A stretch of 61,783 nucleotides of DNA, taken from the NCBI GenBank assembly GCA_022450595.1, contig JAKUPT010000009.1, positions 1 to 61,783 on the forward strand. Reading direction: 5' to 3'. The translations under genes and the position numbers were made by a program. Below are positions 9,056 to 19,197 of this stretch, in pieces. Source of the DNA: Bdellovibrionales bacterium. Lineage in GTDB: Bacteria > Bdellovibrionota > Bdellovibrionia > Bdellovibrionales > UBA1609. Below the pieces are notes generated by a model that saw only the letters and a list, made by a program, of their open reading frames with translations, did not search any database and was not told where the DNA came from. Position 1 is the first letter of the stretch, and the number at the start of each line of letters is the position of its first letter.

Positions 9056-10972
9056 CTAGGTCTGGAACTGCTTTTTTGACGGCAAATCTAGACGTTCAAA
9101 GGAAAATTTAACCGATGTCCCGGCCATAGGCTGGGAAAAAATTTCCAGTATGCCATTGTGGGACTGCATGATTTGAAAGGCAATGGTTAAGCCGAGGCCG
9201 GAGTGGTCTTTAGGGGCTTTCGTGGTAAATAAAGGGTTAAAGACTTTATGTAAAATATTTTGTGAAATACCAGGGCCATTATCAGTAATGATCACTTCAA
9301 ATAAATCTTTAAGACTTCGAGTAGTTATACGTATATGAGCTTCAAAATTAGACTCTTCTTCAAGCTTTTGTTTTAAAGCCTCTATAGAGTTTTGTAGGAC
9401 ATTATTGAAGGCCTGAGTGATTTGGTTTTGGTTTCCATGAAGAGTTAAAGAGTTTTTATCGAATGCTGTATCAATAAAGATACCTAAACTTTTAGCTTGG
9501 TTTTCAAATAGGCGAATTGAGGTTTTAAGACCACTGTGGATATCAAATTCTTCATTTTCTGAACTGTCTTGACGTCTTGAAAAACCAAGAAGGTGGTCTA
9601 TAAGCTCTTTGCATCTAAGAGCTGCAGACTTCATCTCAATAATGTCGTCTTTAATAGGGCTTTCTGGATCTAGGTCCATTTCAATCAGTTGGATAAAAGA
9701 AATAATTCCACCTAGTGGATTGTTTAGCTCGTGAGCCATACTGCTTCCAATAGTGCCAAGCTCTTTCATTTTAGAGGTCTCAAGTAGTTGTCTTTCAAGT
9801 CGTTTATCTATAGTGACATCTCTAAAAAGAAATATATAAGAGTCTTGGCTTGTATCATTTATGTTAATCTCTATTTTTTGTTGTATGAGTTCATAAATGT
9901 AGATTTCTTCTTTGTCTTGAATTTGAAAGCTATAGATTTTATCAGCATCTAAGTTATAAATGTCCGGTAAATCTTCAGACCAAAGAATTCGGTTCAAAAC
10001 ATTAGAGCTTCTGGATCTTGAATGTTTTTTTAACAAATGATCAAATGCTTTGTTGGTTTTAATAATTTCAAAGTTATTATCAGTCAAACAAATGGGCTCA
10101 GTGATAGCATCAAATGTGGACTCCCATTGAAATCGCAAGGTCTCTGTTTGTTCTAATTTAATCAGACGGTCCACCGCAATGGTTAAGGGTTCTATAAGTT
10201 GTTGAAGAAAAGACTTATCGTCTTTTGAAAATATCTCATTTGATTTTTTAGCAAAATAAACATGAGCCACTGTTTTTGATAAATCTAATTGAATTTTATA
10301 AAGACTGTGTTGCGATTCAAATTTTTGTTCAAATTCATTCAACATATTTAAAGAAATTCTTATCCAGTCTAAATTTATAAGAGGCTTTAAAGATCTCGTT
10401 GTTTTAGTTTCAATTTCATGGAAATTTTTTGACTGATAAATACTTAGCAAACAACTGTTTAATATTTTTGTTCTCTTTTGTGTTTGCATCAGTTTTTTAT
10501 TGAGATTCTCTAGGTGAAGTTGTCGTCTTCTAATGCGCTCTTCTAAGTTTTGTTTTAATTCTTGTAATTTTATGTTTTGCTCATTAACTAACTTTTCATA
10601 ATCAGTGAATTGTTTTTTTTGATTAAATGACTCCAGTGATTCATATAACAAGTGTTCAAGAATCGGAATTTCATTTTTTTTAATTATTTTATCAATTTTA
10701 AAATTAGAACTAAGCTCATACAATTCGGTGCTTTTAATCTCTCCAACCAGAAGGCATAAGTTGACGTTTTGAGCATTGTTTGAAAGTTCAGAGAGAAAAG
10801 ACTGAACATCTGAAAGAGTGTCTTCTTCAAGGTCAAAAACCAGCAGATTGTAACTTTCAACTGGAGAATTTATATGTGAAACCACCTCAGCACCCATTTG
10901 CTGAGCTTTATGAGTCAGTTCATCGGTAGGATTCAGGCTTATAATACCAACGCTTGAACTTACTGCTGACAT
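9056..10972 (-). CDS. Cytoplasmic sensor histidine kinase (coiled coil, GAF/PAS-like, HisKA, HATPase)
   Basis: H-box MAHELNNPL, N-box NVLQNSIEA, DNGPGI, FNPLFTTK and GLGL; no transmembrane segment; adjacent to the NtrC-family regulator. Confidence 0.92.
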   Translation of the reverse strand: MSAVSSSVGIISLNPTDELTHKAQQMGAEVVSHINSPVESYNLLVFDLEEDTLSDVQSFLSELSNNAQNVNLCLLVGEIKSTELYELSSNFKIDKIIKKNEIPILEHLLYESLESFNQKKQFTDYEKLVNEQNIKLQELKQNLEERIRRRQLHLENLNKKLMQTQKRTKILNSCLLSIYQSKNFHEIETKTTRSLKPLINLDWIRISLNMLNEFEQKFESQHSLYKIQLDLSKTVAHVYFAKKSNEIFSKDDKSFLQQLIEPLTIAVDRLIKLEQTETLRFQWESTFDAITEPICLTDNNFEIIKTNKAFDHLLKKHSRSRSSNVLNRILWSEDLPDIYNLDADKIYSFQIQDKEEIYIYELIQQKIEININDTSQDSYIFLFRDVTIDKRLERQLLETSKMKELGTIGSSMAHELNNPLGGIISFIQLIEMDLDPESPIKDDIIEMKSAALRCKELIDHLLGFSRRQDSSENEEFDIHSGLKTSIRLFENQAKSLGIFIDTAFDKNSLTLHGNQNQITQAFNNVLQNSIEALKQKLEEESNFEAHIRITTRSLKDLFEVIITDNGPGISQNILHKVFNPLFTTKAPKDHSGLGLTIAFQIMQSHNGILEIFSQPMAGTSVKFSFERLDLPSKKQFQT

Positions 10973-11631
10973 ATACTTAACACCTGTTTTAAGGACTCAA
11001 TTTGATATTTAGGATTCTCAAGTTCATTCAATGGGCTTAAATTTTTATACTCGCCAAACATATACCAGCAAGAATCTATTTTAAGTTGATTGGCGGCTTT
11101 TATTTCATTGTCGATTCGATTACCGATGACTAAAAAAGATTTTGGATCTTTATTTTGAATAATATTTTTAAAGATATCACTTTTTGATAAACTCTTTTCA
11201 TCACTTGCACACTGCCAACTCAAAAAATATCGATCGAGTTTTGATAATTTAATTTTTTTTTCTTGAGTGACATAAGAGCCTGAGGTCACGAGGTGCAGGT
11301 CTTGCTGAAGATTTTTGAGTACGTCTTCGGCATTAGGAGTAAGCATGAGGGGCTCTGGTAAAGGGATATTATAAAAGGCTTCGTGCAGTTTTTTTAATAC
11401 TTCGGATTTTTCATCTAAATTAAAAAAAGTATTTACAAGATGTGTATTAAAGGAATCTCTTGGGTTTCGATTATAAAACTCTTTTCGAAGTTGCAAAAGC
11501 TCATCTGTAGTTATTGAGATTTCATAAGACAGCATCACATCTTTTAAAATCTCCATAGCAATTGGGATCAACTGATCTGTTGTATTAATTAAGGTGTCAT
11601 CTAAGTCGAAAATCACATCGGTGTATGCCAT
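10960..11631 (-). CDS. HAD-family hydrolase
   Basis: Motif I FDLDDTL, motif II LVTSG, and a VIGNR..NEI motif IV variant. Confidence 0.9.
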   Translation of the reverse strand: MAYTDVIFDLDDTLINTTDQLIPIAMEILKDVMLSYEISITTDELLQLRKEFYNRNPRDSFNTHLVNTFFNLDEKSEVLKKLHEAFYNIPLPEPLMLTPNAEDVLKNLQQDLHLVTSGSYVTQEKKIKLSKLDRYFLSWQCASDEKSLSKSDIFKNIIQNKDPKSFLVIGNRIDNEIKAANQLKIDSCWYMFGEYKNLSPLNELENPKYQIESLKQVLSICQQ

Positions 11632-11663
11632 TATAAATTTATACTACACAATATAACTGCAAG

Positions 11664-12368
11664 TTAAAAGTCTGTATCGGAATTATCTTGAAAGACTTTC
11701 TTTAGGCCAGATGCAAATCGTGGCCAGGTTTGACTTAAGTCACTGTGCTCTTGTTCTTCGGTGCAAATAATTGGAATTTTTTGATCAATCCAACCATAAC
11801 TGCTGAGGCTTCCAGGAGTGGGGTAGCCAATGTCTGGAACTACTTCATAGCCACTTGATTCTGATAAATACTGGGCCTCTTTCATGTCTTCAGGGCCAGA
11901 TAAAACAATGCATGGCTTCCAAGAGTGGCAATGAATAATAAGTCTTGGTTGAAATGCATTTATTAAATCTATAACGGCTTGGGTCTCTTTTTCTGATCCC
12001 GGGGAGGAGCCTGAGTAGTAGCGATCTTGATTGGGGCTATGCACCCAGTTTTTGCTGGGAAAGTTTCTATTTAGGTCAACCCCTTGGGAATTAGTTCTTT
12101 TATTGTTTTTATAGCCATCGACATTCAAACAAGGGATCAATAGCCAATTTTGTAGATTTTGCCCTTTAAGCCACTCAAGGCAGTGTTCTGCTAGAACAAC
12201 CCCTTCCGGCTCATCTCCATGAACTCCGCCAATCAGTAGCAGCACTTTGTTTTGTGGCGCATTAAGGTGTGGGTTTTCTACATAGGATTGAAGCTCTGAG
12301 CTTCCATATAGCTCTATATCTGAATTGAGTGCTGTTTGTTTCCAGTTTTTAAGCTTAAAAAAACTCAT
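11664..12368 (-). CDS. mpaA: M14 zinc peptidase, murein tripeptide amidase MpaA-like
   Basis: GGVHGDEPEG (HxxE), NxDG, GVDLNRNFP, SEKETQ, HCH and GYPTPGSL motifs. Confidence 0.82.
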   Translation of the reverse strand: MSFFKLKNWKQTALNSDIELYGSSELQSYVENPHLNAPQNKVLLLIGGVHGDEPEGVVLAEHCLEWLKGQNLQNWLLIPCLNVDGYKNNKRTNSQGVDLNRNFPSKNWVHSPNQDRYYSGSSPGSEKETQAVIDLINAFQPRLIIHCHSWKPCIVLSGPEDMKEAQYLSESSGYEVVPDIGYPTPGSLSSYGWIDQKIPIICTEEQEHSDLSQTWPRFASGLKKVFQDNSDTDF

Positions 12369-12373
12369 AGGTT

Positions 12374-12403
12374 ATTGTCTTGTGACTAAAATCAGCTTGT
12401 CAA
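12374..12403 (-). promoter_or_regulatory. Candidate sigma70 promoter, probably leaderless, for mpaA
   Basis: Minus strand TTGACA-N18-GACAAT, 5 nt, then the ATG; no Shine-Dalgarno. Confidence 0.5.
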
Positions 12404-12519
12404 TGATTACCATGGGCTTCAGAGCTTAGGGGTTAAAAAGAACAAAAAAATCATCAAACTTTTTTTAAAAAACTGATATAGATTGTGGTTTTGATATTCA
12501 ATATTTATAAGGGTGGATT

Positions 12520-13905
12520 ATGAGTGACCAAAACCAACTTTCAGTGATTATTTTAGCCGCAGGTAAAGGCACAAGAATGGCCTCACCACTTCCTAAGGTT
12601 TTACACCCTGTAGCTGGTGTGCCCATGATCTCACGGGTCGTAAATAGTGTAAAATCTGCTGGAGCCAAAGACATACGTGTGGTTGTGGGTTATGGGGATA
12701 AGCTGGTGAAACAAGTGGTTGAGCCTATGGGCTGTGGCAGCTTCAAGCAATCTCAACAGCTGGGAACAGCCGATGCTGTTAAATCAGCAGAGATTGATAG
12801 TTTAGATGGTACGGTTTTGATCATTAATGGTGATCATCCGCTGATCACAAAAGATGATATTCAAAAGTTGTGGCGTCAACACAGAGAGAGTCAAAACGAT
12901 TTAAGTGTGGTTTCAGTAAAATTAAAAAATCCCAAAAAGTTTGGCCGAATTGTTCGACATATGGGGCAAATAAAAGCCATTGTGGAAGCAAAAGATGCTT
13001 CTCATGAAACACTAAAAATTAACGAAGTAAATACCGGCATTTATTTTGTCAGAGCAGATGTTCTTCAAGATTATTTACCTATGATTAAAAATCATAATGC
13101 ACAAAAAGAATACTACCTAACCGACTTGGTATCTATTGCTATTGAGAATCAAGACAAAGTGGGAGTGATTGAAGCCAACCGCAGAGTGGCTTTTGGTGTG
13201 AATGATCAAATGGAATTGGCTAAAGCGACTTCGTTTATCTATAAACAAAACTGTAAAAAGCTGATGCAAAATGGAGTGATGATTCTCGACCCCAACAACA
13301 CCTACATCGATGAAACAGTGAACATTGGTGCCGCCACTGTTATTTATCCTGGGAGTTTTTTAAAAGGCTCAACCAATATTGGCACTTATTGTGTGGTTGA
13401 ACCTAACTGTTATGTGGTCAACTCGTCGATTGCGGACTCCGTTGTGATTCATACCTTTTCTCACTTAGAGGATTGCCTTATTGATAAAGAATGTTTTATT
13501 GGTCCTTATGCCCGTATCAGGCCTGGTTCAGACATTAAACAAGGAGCCAAGATTGGTAACTTTGTTGAGCTCAAAAAAGTTAAATTTGGTAAAGGCTCTA
13601 AAGCTTCACACCTGACTTACTTAGGTGATGCTGAAATCGGTGAAGATGTTAATATCGGTTGTGGCACCATCACTTGCAACTATGCTGTGGACAAAAAGAA
13701 ATATATTACAAAAATTGAAGATGGTGTGTTTGTAGGAAGTGACACTCAGTTTGTTGCACCAATCACTGTAGGAAAAAACGCCATTATTGGCTCAGGGTCC
13801 ACTATAACAAAAGATGTGCCCAGTGAAGCTTTGTCTGTCGCCAGGGGCAAGCAGATTATAAAAGAAAATTACACAGAAAAATTTAAAAAAGACAAAAAGG
13901 ATTAA
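12520..13905 (+). CDS. glmU: Bifunctional UDP-GlcNAc pyrophosphorylase / glucosamine-1-phosphate N-acetyltransferase
   Basis: ILAAGKGTRM.S.LPKVLH, QLGTADAV, EVNTGIY, EYYLTD, hexapeptide repeats, KASHLTYLGDA and ITCNY. Confidence 0.97.
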   Translation: MSDQNQLSVIILAAGKGTRMASPLPKVLHPVAGVPMISRVVNSVKSAGAKDIRVVVGYGDKLVKQVVEPMGCGSFKQSQQLGTADAVKSAEIDSLDGTVLIINGDHPLITKDDIQKLWRQHRESQNDLSVVSVKLKNPKKFGRIVRHMGQIKAIVEAKDASHETLKINEVNTGIYFVRADVLQDYLPMIKNHNAQKEYYLTDLVSIAIENQDKVGVIEANRRVAFGVNDQMELAKATSFIYKQNCKKLMQNGVMILDPNNTYIDETVNIGAATVIYPGSFLKGSTNIGTYCVVEPNCYVVNSSIADSVVIHTFSHLEDCLIDKECFIGPYARIRPGSDIKQGAKIGNFVELKKVKFGKGSKASHLTYLGDAEIGEDVNIGCGTITCNYAVDKKKYITKIEDGVFVGSDTQFVAPITVGKNAIIGSGSTITKDVPSEALSVARGKQIIKENYTEKFKKDKKD

Positions 13906-13910
13906 GCATT

Positions 13911-15803
13911 ATGTGCGGAATTGTTGGTTACACAGGACCTGAAAATCCTAAAGATATAATTATGTCGGGACTTAAAAGTTTAGAGTATCGTGGTTATGAC
14001 AGTGCTGGGGTGGCAATACTCCATCAAGGGCAGTTTAAGCGAGTTCGTGCCGAGGGTAAGCTCACCCATTTGGCTCAAAAACTTGATAAAGAAAGTTTTG
14101 ACGGACATGTTGGTATTGGTCATACCAGATGGGCCACGCATGGAGAGCCCAACGAAACCAATGCTCATCCACATAAAGTCGGACCTATAAGTATTGTTCA
14201 TAATGGAATTATTGAAAATTATGCGGAGTTAAAATCGGAGCTACAACAACAAGGGGCTGTGTTTGAGTCAGAAACCGATTCGGAACTTGTGGCCCATTTG
14301 ATTTATCAAAAAAATCAAAATGAAGGAATGTCTTTGTTTGACTCAGTACTATCCATTTTACCTGAGCTCACTGGGGCTTATTCTATTTTGGCCGTGAGTG
14401 AAAAACGTCCAGAGGAAATGGTGGCTTTTAAAAATGGACCCCCATTAATTTTAGGAGCATCCGGTGGAGCCGTTGTTGTGGCCAGTGACTTACAGGCCAT
14501 AATGCCAATCACTAAAGATGTCGTGTATCTTGAAGACGATGAGGTGGCATTTATAGAAAAAGGTCAGGTTCAGTTTTATTCTAAAAACGGAGAGGCTTTA
14601 GATAAAGCGACCGTTCATATTGACTGGAGCCCTGAGCAAGTTGAAAAACAAGGTTATGCTCATTTTATGTTAAAAGAAATCTTCGAGCAGCCAAGGGCTG
14701 TTGCCAACGCCTTAGAGCCACATATTGATTTAAACTCTCATACAGTAAGACTTAAAAATGTTGGCTTTTCTGTGGATGGGTTTGACCAATTAGATCAAAT
14801 CAACATTGAAGAAGACTTCAAAAAGACCGATGAAGTGTTTAAATCGGTTGAGAGAATCTTTATTGTCGCCTGTGGAACCAGTTACTACGCTGGTATGGTT
14901 GGCGAGTATCTTATTGAACAAATGGCAGGAATCCCAGTAGAGGTAGATGTTGCCAGTGAATTTAGATACAGACACACAATTATTCCTGAAAACTCTCTTG
15001 TTATTGTCATTTCACAAAGTGGTGAAACCGCGGACACCTTAGCCGCCTTAAGGCAGGTTAAAAAACTAAATTCTGTTAAAGTATTAAGTATTTGCAATGT
15101 AAAGCGCTCCACAATTGATAGAGAGGCTCACGGTCATTTATATATGAACGCAGGTGTAGAAATTGGCGTGGCTAGTACGAAGGCTTTTGTCAGCACACTG
15201 AGCTTAATGAATCTTGTGGCCATGAGTCTAGCGAAGGCAAAAAATAATTTAGATGTTGTTACAGAGAACAAGTACGTAGAGCAGTTGCTGGCTGTGCCCT
15301 CTCAAATGGAAAAAGTATTGGCTTATGATAAATTTTTTAAGTCAGCAGCTGACACCTTAAAAAACTTTAAAGGCTTTTTGTATATGGGGCGAGGGATCAA
15401 CTTTCCTATAGCTCTTGAAGGGGCTTTAAAGTTAAAGGAGCTTGCTTACATGCATGCCGAAGGTTATGCCGCGGGCGAGATGAAGCATGGCCCTTTAGCA
15501 CTGATTGATTCACAAATGGCCATTGTAATGCTTGTTCCTCAAGATGCTTTGTATGAAAAAACAGTAAGTAACTTGGAAGAGGCCAAAGCTCGTGGAGGAG
15601 TTGTTATATCTATTGGCTCAGGAGAGGACGAAAAGCTTAAAAAATTAAGTCGTCATTATCTTTCCTTACCAGAGGCTGGATGGACAACAAATCCACTGCT
15701 TGAGGTATTACCTTTACAACTTTTAGCTTACCATGTGGCAAACTCATTAGAGTATGATGTGGATCAGCCCAGAAACTTAGCAAAGTCTGTAACAGTCGAG
15801 TAG
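13911..15803 (+). CDS. glmS: Glutamine--fructose-6-phosphate aminotransferase
   Basis: MCGIVG, LEYRGYDSAG, GHTRWATHG, SQSGETADT, EMKHGP and the C-terminal PRNLAKSVTVE. Confidence 0.98.
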   Translation: MCGIVGYTGPENPKDIIMSGLKSLEYRGYDSAGVAILHQGQFKRVRAEGKLTHLAQKLDKESFDGHVGIGHTRWATHGEPNETNAHPHKVGPISIVHNGIIENYAELKSELQQQGAVFESETDSELVAHLIYQKNQNEGMSLFDSVLSILPELTGAYSILAVSEKRPEEMVAFKNGPPLILGASGGAVVVASDLQAIMPITKDVVYLEDDEVAFIEKGQVQFYSKNGEALDKATVHIDWSPEQVEKQGYAHFMLKEIFEQPRAVANALEPHIDLNSHTVRLKNVGFSVDGFDQLDQINIEEDFKKTDEVFKSVERIFIVACGTSYYAGMVGEYLIEQMAGIPVEVDVASEFRYRHTIIPENSLVIVISQSGETADTLAALRQVKKLNSVKVLSICNVKRSTIDREAHGHLYMNAGVEIGVASTKAFVSTLSLMNLVAMSLAKAKNNLDVVTENKYVEQLLAVPSQMEKVLAYDKFFKSAADTLKNFKGFLYMGRGINFPIALEGALKLKELAYMHAEGYAAGEMKHGPLALIDSQMAIVMLVPQDALYEKTVSNLEEAKARGGVVISIGSGEDEKLKKLSRHYLSLPEAGWTTNPLLEVLPLQLLAYHVANSLEYDVDQPRNLAKSVTVE

Positions 15804-15813
15804 AAAAGAAAGC

Positions 15814-17172
15814 TTACTTTAAATCTTCGTTCATCCATTGCGTGAGTGCTGTTTGAGCTACCTCAATCATGCGCTCTCGTTTTTTTCTTTTATTTGAACG
15901 TCCACGAAGCCCGGGCTCTTGAGGAGTGGGAAATAAACTAAAATTAATATTTGTTGGCTGAAAGTGCTCCCTCTCAGCGTCAGTGATGGCATTTAATAGA
16001 GATCCAATAGCCGTCTCTCTTGGAGGCAAAGGCATGGCTTTGTTTTGACTATGGTTTGAAACAAACTTGGCCACTAAAAGCCCAATGCAGGTAGAGTCAA
16101 AGTAACCTTCCACCCCAGTGATTTGGCCGGCAAAAAATAAACCAGGATCTTTTGGACTAGATAAAAATGGAGTGAGTTTTTTAGGAGAGTGAATATACAT
16201 ATTTCTGTGAATACTGCCTAATTTTAAAAACTCAGCCTCTTCAAGACCAGGAATCATTCGAAACACTCGGGCTTGTTCCGGATAAGCCATTTTGGTTTGA
16301 AATCCAACCATGTTGTATGCAGTGCCTTCTTTATTTTCTTTTCTGAGTTGTACAACGGCATACAAATCTTTAGGGCCATGATGTTTTAAGCCCTTAGGTG
16401 ACATGGGGCCAAAGCGTGGACTTTCAAACCCGCGCTCAACAATCACTTCAATCGGCATGCAGCCATCAAAGTAAGGTGTGTTTTCAAACTCTTTTTCAAA
16501 ATCTTTAGATTCAATCTTTCGTGCTCCAAGAATTTCATGCATAAGAGTTTCATATTGCTCTTTATTAAGAGGGCAGTTGAGGTAGTCATTAGTGCCTTTG
16601 TCAAAACGGTCCGCAAACCAAGCCACATCCATATTAATGGAGTCGGCAACAATAATGGGAGCAATAGCATCGTAAAAATATAAAAACTCGTTATCAAAAT
16701 GTTGCCTTATACTTTCAGCCAACTTCATATGTGTTAATGGACCTGTTGCAATTACGCAGGGGCGAGGAATTTGACTCAAGTCTGTCACTACTTGCTGACT
16801 GATCTGTATGTTTGGATGCTCTGTGAGAGTTTTTGTAATGTCATCAGAGAAAATTAGGCGGTCCACAGCCAAAGCCATACCGGCCGGAACCTGGGCCTTT
16901 TGAGCGGCTTTTAAAATTAAACTATTTAATTTTTCAGCCTCCCATTTTAATTGGCCGGGTGCTGAGTAATCAGTGGTTGAGCCAAAAGAGTTGGAGCAAA
17001 CCAGCTCTGCATAGCCACCAGTTTTGTGAGCTGGAGTTTGTTCTTTTGGACGCATCTCATAAAGCACAACCTTGTGACCGGCCTCAGCCAGCTGAAAAGC
17101 ACATTCGGAGCCAGCAAGGCCTGCACCTACGATATGAATTGTGTCTAATTGAGGGGTTGTGTTATTACTCAC
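15814..17172 (-). CDS. trmFO: FAD/folate-dependent tRNA (uracil-5-)-methyltransferase TrmFO
   Basis: GAGLAGSE, LYEMRP, AELVCSNS, ATGPLT, FYDAIAP, VQLR, VGFQT and FAGQITGVEGY motifs. Confidence 0.95.
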   Translation of the reverse strand: MSNNTTPQLDTIHIVGAGLAGSECAFQLAEAGHKVVLYEMRPKEQTPAHKTGGYAELVCSNSFGSTTDYSAPGQLKWEAEKLNSLILKAAQKAQVPAGMALAVDRLIFSDDITKTLTEHPNIQISQQVVTDLSQIPRPCVIATGPLTHMKLAESIRQHFDNEFLYFYDAIAPIIVADSINMDVAWFADRFDKGTNDYLNCPLNKEQYETLMHEILGARKIESKDFEKEFENTPYFDGCMPIEVIVERGFESPRFGPMSPKGLKHHGPKDLYAVVQLRKENKEGTAYNMVGFQTKMAYPEQARVFRMIPGLEEAEFLKLGSIHRNMYIHSPKKLTPFLSSPKDPGLFFAGQITGVEGYFDSTCIGLLVAKFVSNHSQNKAMPLPPRETAIGSLLNAITDAEREHFQPTNINFSLFPTPQEPGLRGRSNKRKKRERMIEVAQTALTQWMNEDLK

Positions 17173-17174
17173 TT

Positions 17175-17591
17175 ATGAATCGTCCTAAGAAAAAGAAAAA
17201 TGTAACGCCTGCCTCAGAAGTCCTACAACTGCTGCTGCAAAATGGCAAGTCCCCTTTGGCGGTTCAGTTTAAAAGGTGGCGTTTATGGCGTTATTGGGGT
17301 GAAGTTGTGGGTGAAGAAATTTCAACTCATACAGATCCTGTCGCCTATGATAAGGGCACTCTTTATGTTTGGGTGGATCATCCGGTAAGAATGCAGGAAA
17401 TGATCTTTATGACCAAAGAGCTTAAAAAAAAGATCAACTCTTATATGGGGGAAGCCACCTGGGTGACCCGTATTCGCTTTACCCTTGATCGCAAATCGGT
17501 TCCAAAGCTTGAAGAAACTGAGAAGGGTTGGCGTGATTTCCTTTCCAAACAACCTCCCAGTGAAGATGGGGAGCCTCCACACGACCGGTAG
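17175..17591 (+). CDS. dciA: DUF721 / DciA-family protein
   Basis: W.EVVGEEISTHT.P..YDKGTLYVWVD..V.MQE...L..KIN...I.RIRF pattern of the DUF721 domain; ATG at 17175. Confidence 0.75.
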   Translation: MNRPKKKKNVTPASEVLQLLLQNGKSPLAVQFKRWRLWRYWGEVVGEEISTHTDPVAYDKGTLYVWVDHPVRMQEMIFMTKELKKKINSYMGEATWVTRIRFTLDRKSVPKLEETEKGWRDFLSKQPPSEDGEPPHDR

Positions 17592-18363
17592 CACCAGTTG
17601 TGGCAACGACTTGTCCAGTTTGGATTTTAGAACCAGGTTCTACTCTAAAGTCACTTAAATGCATAAAGCGCGAATAAACACCACCACCATGATCAATCAC
17701 TAATGTGTTTCCTGGAACAATCATATGTTCAGCAAAAACGACTTTACCTGGGCCAATGCTTTTAATGCTAGATGGCACTCGAGCTCTCTGATCCAAGCCA
17801 GAATGGTAGTAACTGTAGCCATTAGGTAAGGTGCGAGGAGAGGCAAACTTAGAAACCACAACACTGTTGATAGGGGCTTTATAGCAGTCCAACTGAAAGT
17901 CTTGCGATGGAACTTGGCTTAAGAGTTTTTTCATTTTTTGTTTTTGTTGTTCTTTTAAATCGGCATGATCATCATTTACTTTTTTCCATACTGAAGCGGG
18001 TATTCGTAAATTTGAAGCTTGCTTTAAGGGATGCTTTTTTACATTTCGGTACTCAACAAAGTAATCCACACTTGGATGACTAAACTGTTTTTCAAGCCAG
18101 CTTAATTTTTGAATCTCCCACTGTCCTAATATTTTTACGGTGTTGCCTCCGTACAGTGGAACAACCCCGAGTAAGTGATTTTTTCCAATGAGGGACATCT
18201 TTTTTTGATTGATAGATATGAATTTTAAATCCACATCTTTTTTAAACACTAAAGTTTGGCCTGCCGAAAACTCTTTTGGCAAATGAATATGAGGTTGAAA
18301 CACAAGCTGTTTAGCAATTTCTTTAGACGGATGAAACACAACTGCCAGTAAAAATGCGTACAC
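17479..18363 (-). CDS. M23-family metallopeptidase
   Basis: HSGLD (HxxxD), GNTLVIDHGGG, MHLS and TGRVEAPHLHW (HxH) motifs. Confidence 0.9.
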   Translation of the reverse strand: MYAFLLAVVFHPSKEIAKQLVFQPHIHLPKEFSAGQTLVFKKDVDLKFISINQKKMSLIGKNHLLGVVPLYGGNTVKILGQWEIQKLSWLEKQFSHPSVDYFVEYRNVKKHPLKQASNLRIPASVWKKVNDDHADLKEQQKQKMKKLLSQVPSQDFQLDCYKAPINSVVVSKFASPRTLPNGYSYYHSGLDQRARVPSSIKSIGPGKVVFAEHMIVPGNTLVIDHGGGVYSRFMHLSDFRVEPGSKIQTGQVVATTGATGRVEAPHLHWEVVWKGNHANPSQFLQALEPICDQG

Positions 18364-18383
18364 TAGATAAGGAAAGATTTTTT

Positions 18384-19187
18384 TTAATCTTCCTGAGTTT
18401 TTATGGTGTTTCGAATGAGTGGTTTCAGATATTGGTTTCGTGGTGATCCCCCTAAAATTTGTACCAACTTATTGTATAAACTCGGGTCATTAATTAATGC
18501 TCCTAAAGTTCCTTTACCATCATCTAATTTTTGCGTCAGACTGGAAAGGTTCTCTATTGCATTTTGCAGACCTTGGTCTTGCTTTTTGCCTCGAATATCT
18601 TTTAAAAGTTTATGTGCTTCAACTATCAACCCCTTTAAGTTTTGGCTGGACTCATGAATATTTGCCATAGTTAATGCGCTGCGATTATCTTTATTGATGC
18701 TTTTTAAAAGCACATACATCTCATCAATAACGTCCACGGCACGATTTAGGCCCTTTTCCCCTTGTTCAAATAAGTCAGCTCCACTTTGCACAGCGATCAC
18801 AGCATTTTCCTCTAATGGCTGAGCATTGATTGGGCCTGGACTAATATATAGATATCGGTCTCCTAGGGCCCCTTTGGTTTTGATACTTACAGTAGAGCCT
18901 TTGGTTATTCTTTTTTGATATTCTCTATCTATGTCCATATAAACAATGATCTCATTGTCGTTGTCAGAAAAAGCGATTTCTGTGATATTCCCCACAATGA
19001 TTCCCGCTAAAGAGATTTCACTGCCCTTAGCTAGGCCCTGAATATCTTCAAAGTTACCCATAAGTTGGTATTGCGGACGAAATAAAAAACGATCACCACC
19101 AATTAAGAAGATCGACAGGCCTAAGAGAGCCAGACCAATAAAGGTAAATACGCCGACTTTAAAATCATTTTTAGGGTTGGACTCCAT
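18384..19187 (-). CDS. mlaD: MlaD/MCE-family substrate-binding protein
   Basis: KVGVF transmembrane anchor, GLAKGSEISLAGIIVGNI, KGALGDRYLYISPG and GTLGALIND; AAGGAG RBS. Confidence 0.9.
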   Translation of the reverse strand: MESNPKNDFKVGVFTFIGLALLGLSIFLIGGDRFLFRPQYQLMGNFEDIQGLAKGSEISLAGIIVGNITEIAFSDNDNEIIVYMDIDREYQKRITKGSTVSIKTKGALGDRYLYISPGPINAQPLEENAVIAVQSGADLFEQGEKGLNRAVDVIDEMYVLLKSINKDNRSALTMANIHESSQNLKGLIVEAHKLLKDIRGKKQDQGLQNAIENLSSLTQKLDDGKGTLGALINDPSLYNKLVQILGGSPRNQYLKPLIRNTIKTQED

Positions 19188-19197
19188 AACTATCTCC

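Noticed and set aside
13880..13913. glmS ribozyme
   Set aside because: Only 5 nt separate glmU and glmS; there is no room for the RNA.
16959..17174. Long N-terminal extension of the DUF721 ORF
   Set aside because: Overlaps the trmFO coding sequence; the domain begins after ATG 17175.
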